Below the pieces are notes generated by a model that was given only the letters and a program-made list of their open reading frames with translations, did not search any database and was not told the DNA's origin. Below are positions 53,789-64,000 of a stretch of DNA of 64,000 nt, in pieces. This stretch comes from Camelus ferus (taxonomy: Eukaryota), in assembly GCF_009834535.1 (NCBI RefSeq), contig NC_045696.1, positions 28,832,001 to 28,896,000 of the forward strand, read 5' to 3'. How positions within the stretch are numbered: the stretch's first letter is position 1; each line of letters starts with the position of its first letter. The position numbers and the translations under genes are program-made.

Positions 53789-56454
53789 TTTATAAGATAT
53801 TAGAGTTATTCTAATAATATGAATCAGGGTTTTCATAGTGGTATAAATGAGGCAACCATACGATACGTCTGAGTAAAAGAATACCACCTACCCAACTAGC
53901 ATTAGGCAAAACTTACTATCTTTAACAGAAATTAACACTTTATAGTATCATTCATCACTGATATGTGTCAATGTTTATAGACAATTTTACAGTAAGATCA
54001 GCAAACAATTTTCATTCACTGTTCCTAAGTTTTTCTCTGTGTGAATGAAACATTTTGACTTCAAATTATAAGTAAAGTGGCTTATACTACATTTCCCTTG
54101 CATAGAATAGTATATGACTTTTTTTTACATTAGACTATGTTTACCATTGCTTGAAATTTAATTTTTTATTAAAAGCCACAAATCCTAAAATAAACTTGCA
54201 AAATTATACTAATATCCTCCAAATGTAGAAAATAAAGACTTTTGTGGAACTTATTTTCACAGAACAAAGTTTTAAGAGAGGAAGGATGTTTATGGTCTAC
54301 AATGATAAACTGGAACAAGAAATATAGTTAATTTACTATAGAGAAGCAACCAAGCATAGCTTAAAATGTTCTTCAAATCTGTGTCAATGTGTGGCACTAA
54401 ACTATTACCTTCTGAAGAGTAATCTACTGATAATGCAGCATAAAAAAATTAAGTTGCTTAAAAATCAGAACACAGTTATTATTAACTTTTCAAAATACCA
54501 CATTGCTTTAGGAATAAAATTTACAACAAAGTACCTTTTGACACGAGGATCCATGGAGTAATGCTGAATTCATTGTACTAAAAGGGAAAAAAAATACAGG
54601 AAATGCATCAGATTCTGACGGTGATTGATAAAAACAATTGACAATAATAGAAAAGCTGTGAAGAGAAAATGGACACATATTAGGGGGAAGTTACAGAGGA
54701 ATACAGGAGTTTCCTTTGGATGAAAGGTGGCATTAATAGACAGATAAATAACATATCTCTGGAAAGCCACTGATATTAAGTATTTGTCTGATTAGATATG
54801 AGTACTAAAATGGCAAAGAAAAAGCGTATAAATTTTGCAAAGAATTTACAAATAATTTCACTTGCAAACAATTTTGCTTCTAAAATAGGTTAATTTCTTT
54901 GTTTCTTTCAGTCAATGCTTTTTGCTAAATGTCTCTTTCATGGCTTGAAAAAAATTTTTCTTAGCTTACTGTAAAAATGAAACTTAATGCTACAGCTGAT
55001 ATCAGAAAACATCTATTCATTCCAGCAAAAATTAATTTGAACTTTAAAATGTAAATTAAAACTTTAAATAACTCCTTTAATATAAATGATTCTAATTATT
55101 ACGAGGTTATGCTCAATATATTTAATTGACCACAAGTTCAATATTATGGCTTATAATCTCTCCTTTGTAGTATCTTCCATTCCTTTTTTGTCTATTTAAC
55201 ATTGGGCGAAATACTATTCTAATTAAATTATCATTTTATTATAGTTTTTGGGTTTCTGGAAAGTACTTTAAAGAAGCTAGCCAGAAAAAATCTCTATTCT
55301 TGTTGTGTAGAAGTCAAATATTTCAAAATCTGACCCCCCACCATAGTAATAAAGCACAAGAACTGGCAGATTGCTTTTTTTTCCTTTAAATTAAAACAAA
55401 ATAAGGTTAATTGCTAAAGTAATGAAACAAGGAGATGCCATGAAGAGCAGCAATAATAGAAAACCTCCTAGAGATTGTCAATTTAACAAATGATTTGTAA
55501 ATTACAAAATCTCTCATTATCAAATCTATTTGCCCATGGTGGCATGCTGTTTGAAAGCAGTTTGCCTTTGAATGTTTGCCCTGTTGGTGTCATTCCCTGC
55601 AATTTAAAAAAAAAAAAAAGCCATCCATGATTACGAACCCTAAATATCATTTTCCTCCAAGAGTTCTTTTTGAAAAACTATATATATTGAAAGAATTGTA
55701 TGTGAATATTCAAAAGGAAACAATGATGCTGAAGGGTTAAGACAGACACTTCGAGAATAAGAATGTTAATTAAGCACTTTTCAATTTGCATATTCTGTAA
55801 ATAACTCTACCCAAAAGATCAACACAAAGTGTTATTTCTTGCAGAACCCTGATTGCCTGATCTGGCATCACCACACTCATTTGTACACAGATGGCCTGGG
55901 AAAATGGCATAACCAAATGCTCATATGACTCTAGGCACTGCTGGTCTCTATCAGTCCAACCAGTGGTATAATGAAGATAATGCCCCTCCTGCGTGAATTC
56001 AGCTGCTGCCTGGCAAAACTTATCTAAGATTTCTATTTTTACAAATTAAGCAATGTAGAAAGAAAAAATAATTTATTTAAAAGACAACTGAAGGAGGGAG
56101 GGATATACTATGACTGAAGAGTCCTAGTATTCACTTCTGGACCCAAGTCTTCCTAAGTATCTACATCTTTATCTATATCTGTATCTGTCTATCTATACGC
56201 ACACACACAAACATCTATTGTACCTTTCTGAGCATCAGTTTCTACAAAGTAAAAAGCATACTGTAATTACCTACCAGCCCATAACCTGTGTTAGAAGGTC
56301 ATACTAGCTAAAATGTGTAACAATACCATTCAGAAGTATGTGTTATCTTTGACTGGAGACACTTTCTTCAAGTTCTAAAATCATTGTGGATTTGTTGCAG
56401 ATGAATTTTCTAATTAAGAACAGGGACAAATTATTTCTCAGAAGCCCCTTTTAG

Positions 56455-56750
56455 GGCATTTATTCATTCCCGCATTCATTTATTCCTCTACTAAATAATT
56501 AATGAGTGATTTCTTTGCTTCAGTCACTGTGATTGGTCCTGGGATACAGAAAAAGGCTGTGTCCCCATGCAATTTACATGCTAGTGGGGAAGAGAGACAA
56601 TAAACAACATAACAAGTATTCACTAAAGCATTTGATAGTGACAATTACTTAGAAGAGAAATAAAGCAGGGTAAAAGGGGAGTTATAAGCTAGGATAAAAT
56701 TGAAGATATTTATTTGAATGAGTGTTCATAAAATGTATCTGAGGAAAAAG
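56455..56750 (-). mobile_element. L2 3'-end fragment
   Basis: cattcatttattc...cactgtgattggtcctgggatacaga...tttacatgctagtggggaagagagacaataaacaa. Confidence 0.7.
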
Positions 56751-59020
56751 CACTGAGATCAGTAAGGTTAAGTCATTACCAAGGTCAAATTCCAAGAAAT
56801 TTTAAACCTGGGTAGAACTCAGACATCCCTACCACCATTGTGCAATATTGTTCCCAAAAACAATACTTATAAAATGTCACATCTAAATATTTAAATATCA
56901 AATATTTCAATATTAAAAATAAGTGGCCATGTCAATATTTCTAGAATAATGGAATTTCGTAGAATAAGAAAAATAAGAATATTTCCAAATCAGTCTTTCC
57001 CCTGCTATCCATAGATGGTTTATTTTTCAAAATATTAGGAAACATCATACTTGGAATGTGAATATTTAATTATTAATATATTTTCTTGCATACTATTTTA
57101 ATACTAAGCAATAACAAAAATGATGAATGTTAATACAATGACGCAGAACCAGTACAGTCTTATTTATGAGCATATAACTAGGATTTATATATTGTAATAG
57201 AATTTATTTCAGTAGTAATTTATAAGAAGCTGCACCAAATAACAATTACTAATGATCATTGACAACTTTAAGTATGCAATATGATTAGCAATGTTAAATA
57301 GAAAAGGCAAGTCCTACTGGTAGTTTCATTATCTGTCAAATGAGGACATACAGAGAGAAATACTAGGTTTAAACGGATGGAAGTACAAGTATTTTTTTCT
57401 TTAAAATGCTGAATCAAAGAAAGTAGAAGCATCTATATAATGCTTATACTTTATTAAGCAATATAAACTATCAAATAAAATGTGAAACAGTGGGTATAAG
57501 TGAATTTAAAAGTCAAGTGATTAAAATAACGACCTCTTAAGAGCTACGAAATTGTTATTAAATGATTTATTTTCCTACAATAAAATTAGAATAGAAACTT
57601 ATGATTTTAAAATATTAGAAAAATAGGAGTTTTCTAAAGAAAACATCAGTATTTCAATGTTAGAAAACAATAAATTAGATCTGATTTAAGGATGAATAAA
57701 TAATAAAAACTTCCTTTATCCAATGCAACGTGGCATAAACGGAATTCAAATTTCACAGAACTAAATCAGTTCAATCACCATTTCTTTTTCATATAAATAA
57801 ATGTTGTACTTGTGACAAAATTTTAGGAGTTGGGATGTCTAAAATCAATTTAATGTTAATATTGTTCTGAAGCCCTAAAATATGGTGGTGTATACACACA
57901 CACACACAATGAAGAGGTGTAAATAATCTATATTCATTCAAATCACTATGTAAGCTTTCCTCAATAAAATGCATGGCTGGGTCTCCAATAACTATGAGGA
58001 ACAGGCAGTTCCAGTTGCAGCTCGTTTGTAACTGGCTGTTGTTATGCTCAGTTTCACCTGATGGAGAAGTCTATTAGAACAATTTTAAACTCTTTCCTGC
58101 ATTTATTGGCTTTTTTTAAAATTGTGATTTCTTAGATCATAACCACATATGGGCCAGAACACGTTGCATAGATATGTAAATTCAAAGCTTTGATTACTTT
58201 TTCAGAAAAGTATTCTTGTAACAACATCACAATAAATTACAGAGGGTCACATGAATTAAGAGAATTTTCGCTATTAAATGGTAAAAAGCATATAGCTGTA
58301 TGCCAAAGGATAAGGTTACAGAATTTAGATAAATCTGGTCCTCACTTTTCAACATTCTTGTGTGAGAGAGAAAGTCCGTCAAGAAAAACTCTTCTATTCT
58401 GATAAAGTCTTACTATTAAATCCTATGGTTGGTTTAAATTGATTTTATGTTGTTGTTGCTCAAAAAGTACCAAGTAATTTAATAACAGCACTGCCAAAAT
58501 ATATCACTGCTTTTGCTGACACTCTGAAACATCTTATGTAATCATTGTTAACTGTAAATTTTACATGTATACATCAACATTTGTACAAAAAATGTAATTA
58601 CATCATCATATTAAAATTATTTTTAGCTATTCTACCTAAACATTTGCATCAAACGCCACTGAAGTTTTCAATGTACTCTCCTCTATGCTTTCTGAAGGAC
58701 TTGTCTGAAGTTTGAGTTGAGCATGTGTTCCAAAACTTGAGTAGATCTTAAAAGACTTATGTAGAAAAACCTTGACTTTGCTTTGAAACACTTATGTTCT
58801 ACTTTTGTGCAGAGAATACAATTAAAATTAATTCGTCTTTATACATAATATACAAAAAAATGCAAATATTGATTTAAAATAATTATAACATTGGTGTTAT
58901 CTATTGCATTTGTTGGAAATAGCACACTCCCAAGACCCCAGTGGAATCAATATTCCTGCCAATGACAATTTCTTCTTCTCACCCTAAAGGCAGCCACTTT
59001 CCTGGCTTTATGAATGTAAT

Positions 59021-59601
59021 TGTTAGGCAGTTAGATGGGACTATCTATCTAAGGGGCACTGAGCAAGGAGAGTAGAAAGGGGAGGGAATAACCTAGAAGA
59101 AAACAGTACACTTGTGCTCAGAATAAGGGCCTTGAAAAAGTTTTACTTTCTCTAAATGAGTGCCAGCGTAAAACCAGATAGAACCAAACAGCTGCTGGTT
59201 CTCATGGTGGGGAGAAGGACCCAACCCAACATGACCCAGTGTTCATTATAATGTAATTAGCATTGCAGTTTTGACACCCACAGTGGGCTTTTATGTATGC
59301 ATTGTGGGAAAGGGCATATGCAATAAGGAAAAGGTAATATAACCTACACATGCCACTCAAATGATGTCAACTTTCAAATTAGCTTAAGACAGCCCCTAGA
59401 TAACCTCACTAAAGAAACAGGGGCGGGGGGTTACAGGGAGACTTCACTGCTTTTCCTCTCTTGGATCAATTCATTTTTGGAAGGTGTACTTTTGCTTTGC
59501 TAGTAAAATCCTTAATTACACAACTCTTTTGTCTGCCATTTGAATTTTTCTCCTTCGGGCAAGACGAGAACCAAGACCTTTTTTCCTTTTCTGCAGTAAC
59601 A
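59021..59601 (+). mobile_element. ERV1-class solo LTR
   Basis: Terminal inverted pentamers tgtta...taaca. agtaaa poly(A)-like signal followed by gaatttttctccttcgggcaagacgagaaccaagacc U5-like motif. Flanks taat/tcat as a degenerate 4-bp TSD. Confidence 0.75.
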
Positions 59602-62184
59602 TCATTATTTATTTATATTTCTTAATTGGCAATTGTATTTCCATTTCTAAGTAGTAGAATTTAATATTGTTTGGGAACTCTACATAAGTGGATACATATG
59701 GTTTGTACTGGGGGGAGTTGGTCTATTTGTTCAAAATCAAGTTTTTAAGATTTCACACTTTGTTTTATGTAACCATTAACTAGAGTATATTTACTGTCAT
59801 TCTGAATAGTATTTGAAACTTTAATTGTATAGAAAAATAAAAACTTAGTCAACCATGTGACTAATGTGTTCAATACATTTTTACTTTCAATCACCTTTTG
59901 GGAATTCTATACTACCAACACATCAAAGTTCGACTAAAAAAAATTACATTAAAATTGTATAAATTACATGCTTTCACTTTATTTTTCTAGTTTCATATGT
60001 TATTATGATCTCAACTTAGGGCAACAGAAACTTAACATGCCCAGAACATAATATGCCACTTCCCCAGCATTCTCATAGTACAATTTAATATTCTCAAGTT
60101 TATTGAGAATCAAAATTAAAAATGGTAATAAAAATGTTTTAACACTCCTATAAAATTACTCTACTTTTTGCATTTTCTTACTGTATACTTGACAAGACAA
60201 TGTAATGAATACAAAATTTTAATTGTATTATCTACATTAAAGTAGAGTATTTCAAAAACATTTTTATAGGTCCATTTAACTGATTTATACATTTTTATGT
60301 TAAATAATGAGAATTATTTTTATACTTTGGCAGTCAGGAATATCTGAAATTAGCTTTGCGTTTATTTGTAGAAACAATTAACCTGGATTTTCTGGTGCTT
60401 CTTTTTACTATCCATTATTCACTTCTTGTCTCTATTTGCCTTACTGTTGTCTTAAAGTTTATTTTGTGTATGTGTGTGTATATATGCAAACTATATAGAT
60501 ATATATTTCTATAAATACACACATGTATTAAATGTTTATATATGTATATATAATATCTTACATACATTATTTATATTTATGCATATGCATATAAGTAATT
60601 TGTGTTTATATCTGTGTTCACTATGTCTCATCAAATCCTATATTTTGAATTATAGAGTATGAATATAGAAATTTAGATTTATAATTAGATTTTTGAGCTT
60701 GATATTTTCTTTTTGAATTGCCACATCAACTGCTTATATATATGTTTACATAAATTGCCTAGAAAAAAATAAGCCCTAATAAAAAGCAATAATTCTGTCA
60801 TCCAATATACTGATATTGACAATTTATATGCATAATCTACATTTTCCTACTTATTTTCACATTTTGTCACAAAAACCAAAGAAAAACTTCTCATTGGTCA
60901 ATTGTTTTTGAACAATTTACATATTTCTCTAGAGATTTTATTTCTATGTGCCACATTAACTTTAAACTTTCTGGTTTGACCATACCAAAATTCACACCAG
61001 GTGCTTCTCATAATTGGGAACTATTTCAACTTGAGATATTACAGGACTGATAAACTTTCAAAACATGTTCCCATTGGTCTTGGTTTACTTTCCATTTTAA
61101 TGAACACTTTTTCCATCAGTTTACACTGTTCACCAGATCTCATATCTCACAGCTCTCCTCAATTCATTTTCATGACTTTCTTCTTTATCATTGCTAATAT
61201 TCCTCAGCAATTTTTCCTTGTAAATGTTTATGAGTGAGAAATAAGACAACAGCTATCTCATCATATGTAACATTTCAGTTATTTTTCCTTCATCTTCTAC
61301 CACTTCTTATCCATTCTCTCAAATGTATTCAGTTCTTAGTAACAGTTACTCCTGTACTATATTACCATCTTTAATGAACTTATGTATTTTTAATTTCATC
61401 CTTTTGACTATATTTTTAACTTCTCAGTGGCAAAAAGTGTTCTTTATTGTTGCATCTTTATTATTTACATAGTAAAAAAAATGCAAGGCAGGCACTAAGC
61501 TTTTTTTGAAATGATTAAATGAGGCAGGGCTTTGTGCCTCAAAATTAGCAAGTAGTTACTATTGAACCTCACAATTCACACTCAGTATTTTTTTCTTGTT
61601 GTAAAATAGAAAAGCTTTGATTGGAATTGTTGATTTCTTTCTAATCCAATCTGTAGTTTGCATGAAGTGTAAGTATAATTAAGAAAATGCCAGGCCCCAG
61701 TAGAATTACTTGTTGAATTAATCATTTTAAAATTTAACAGAACTATTCCTTTTCTTATCCTAAAGTGGGGAAAAATAACACTTTTTAATTGATAAAACAG
61801 ACTTTAACACTACTCTGTCTTTGCAGGCAATCCCAAATAATGATCTTAAAATTCACCATATTAGGATTCAGTTAACTGAAAAGTTTTAGTTTTCTAAGTA
61901 AAATATTAATAAAAAAGCTACTGCCATTTCTGAAGTAATTTAAAAAAAACACTTCCCAAGTAACAAAGGAGAAAGCAGATAACCAATTTAGACAGAAAAA
62001 GGTAAAGCTGTCCAAGAATATTTCCTCTTCATGACTAATTCATTTTCATGGGAGGTTTTATAAAAGAATCTCAGGGCTAATTTACGACTATCCATACGAC
62101 TTTTGCTACTCCTTGCTATACAGGTTTGGTTTTCACTGTGGCAGTAAATATAGGTATTAATGAGATTTACAGTTAAAGGTTTTA

Positions 62185-63060
62185 TATTTCATTGGTCGGG
62201 TTTCAGTGAGGGAAAAAGAAACCACAATGGCTGTCTCAATTAAGAAAAGGGATAAACTGGGAGTTCGAGATTTGCAGACACTATTATATATAAAATAGAT
62301 GAACAAGTTTATACTGTATAGTACATGGACTATATTCAGTATCTTGTAGTAACCTGTAATGAAAAAGAATATGAAAATAAATACATGTATGTATATGTAT
62401 GACTGAACTATTGTGTGTCACACCAGGAACTGACACACTGTAAACTGACTATACTTCAGTAAAAAATTAAAAATAAATAAAAAAGAGAATATAATAATAG
62501 GAATTTATTAACCAGGGGATAGAACACTGAAAAAGACCAGAAGGGAAGACTAAATTTGCAGTTAGTAACTGCAGAAAATACCTATGTCTGGGAGAACAGA
62601 GGAAGTGAGGTTGTGGTATCTGAACTGGAAAGGTTGGAGAAGGGATCCACTAGGTTAGGAACCGACTTCTCAGAAGGGGTGCTGGGTGGCTGTGTTTGCA
62701 GCTTGGAAGAAGGTCGTTCCCACAACCGGGACTCAGGCCTCTACGTGGCAGTACCACAGAGCTGGTGCCTCTGAGGATGCCAGGAGACTAGCTCTGCTAG
62801 GGAAGAAAGAAACTGGACACCAGGGCAAACCACTGCTGCCAGGGAGAAGGATTTTTGCTCAGCAGGGACCAAAGACACAAGGAGAACCTAGTCTCCTTTC
62901 ATTCTTCCAGACTTCCAATCTCACCCCCTGCCCTCTACTGGAGGACCCTAACAGGAAGCCAACTGATCATGAAGAAATGTCCTGTGTAGACTCCAGTGTC
63001 AGCGTGACAAAGCAGAGTACAGAAAGATGTATTTGGAGCTGGGAAATCATGACTTAATAA
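62185..63060. mobile_element. Old LTR-like element interrupted by an L1 3' end
   Basis: tcattggtcgggtttcagtgagggaaaaagaaaccac resumes after the L1 at gagaatataataataggaatttattaacc. GC-richer purine tract continues to ~63060. Family uncertain. Confidence 0.45.
62245..62484 (+). mobile_element. LINE-1 3'UTR fragment with A tail
   Basis: gggataaactgggagttcgagatttgcag...gacacactgtaaactgactatacttcagtaaaa is homologous to 53550-53780. Confidence 0.9.
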
Positions 63061-63518
63061 CTCACATAAAATTTTTAATTGTACAATTATGCCTGGAGTG
63101 CTCAACTGAGGTGAGGCTTAGGGTAACTGGGGTTGATAGAGGCAGTAATCACAGGTACGAATAAATGTGAGCTATGAAAATACCAGTACCAAATGGTAGT
63201 GTATAAAATTTTAAATACTCAGAAACAATGTTATATACATACTTCCAGTCATGTATATTTTTCAGTTCTTTTATGTACTAACTCCAAAGAAGAATTTAAT
63301 TACAAATTTTCATTATACTTGTGAGTTATAAATTTTTGTCCTACTACGGACAGTAAAATGGATAGTAAAATTTACACAAAGAAAAGAATGATTTTGTTTA
63401 ATTTACATCTATTAATTCATTAAAAAATTGCATCTGAAAAAGCAAACTTCATATGTGGGTTTTTAAGATCATGTAAAATATTATGAAATAATTCCATCTC
63501 TATATGTAGCTGAATAAA

Positions 63519-63544
63519 ATATATATATATATATATATATATAT
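63519..63544. repeat. (AT)n microsatellite
   Basis: About 13 AT units. Confidence 0.95.
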
Positions 63545-64000
63545 TTTAAGATGCTTCCAGATGTGCCCTTGTTTTTGTGGGCAAATCTTCCCTAGGATTT
63601 TCTTTTATGGCTCTTTGAAAATCAACTGTTAATTCTGCAGAGTTAAGGTTAGTGGTTGCATAAGCATTCCTGAGGGAAACAAGTACCAGAGCTTCTTGTG
63701 AAGTTAGCAGTTACAATCCATCCTATGCAAAGTTGCTTACTGAGAAGGAGATGAGCACATTTTCATAGGATCCAAGGAGCTGTCCCCGAAGAATGATTAA
63801 GATCATTTCCTTGTTGAGCTTTAATATTATTACTGCGGGCTGATGAAGTGAGATGGTTCCAACCAATGAGTGTTAGCAAGAAAGAGTCATAAAAATTCCA
63901 AAATGGATCATACCAGGAAAGATGATTGTCTATACTGACTTTAGACACAATTCCAGGGTTAGAGGTTTATTGGGAAGAGCTAGTTTCAGCCCACGTGTGG

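Noticed and set aside
62556..63057. 72-aa and 123-aa ORFs in a GC-richer tract
   Set aside because: They lie within an LTR-like fossil, with no splice structure or homology recognised.
1..64000. A novel multi-gene biological system
   Set aside because: All ORFs are 123 aa or shorter, many use non-ATG starts or sit in repeats, and no exon chain could be assembled. Nothing supports such a system.

Overview
AT-rich, CpG-depleted mammalian genomic DNA. It is most likely from a camelid, judged from one tRNA-derived SINE, cetartiodactyl-type L1 3' ends, and no Alu, Bov-tA, PRE1 or SINEC seen. It reads as a gene desert or large intron. I cannot support any intact protein-coding gene. The only ORFs with recognisable homology are dead LINE-1 ORF1/ORF2 remnants. 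Much of the window is fossil transposons (L1, L2, MIR, MaLR/ERVL/ERV1 solo LTRs, a hAT MITE), with two 100-N gaps. The dominant structural oddity is a ~4.36-kb near-perfect palindrome (34427-38784) with a 2-nt centre that ends at a gap. The arm differences I found are 1-3 nt indels, which points to a fold-back long-read or gap-filling artefact rather than biology. Secondary points are a candidate minus-strand TATA promoter and first exon near 39.6 kb, a good CTCF motif, a twin-primed inverted L1, nested insertions with intact TSDs, and local GC/CpG gains in old repeats. I found no evidence for a novel multi-gene system. Repeat family names come from recalled consensus sequences, not from a search.
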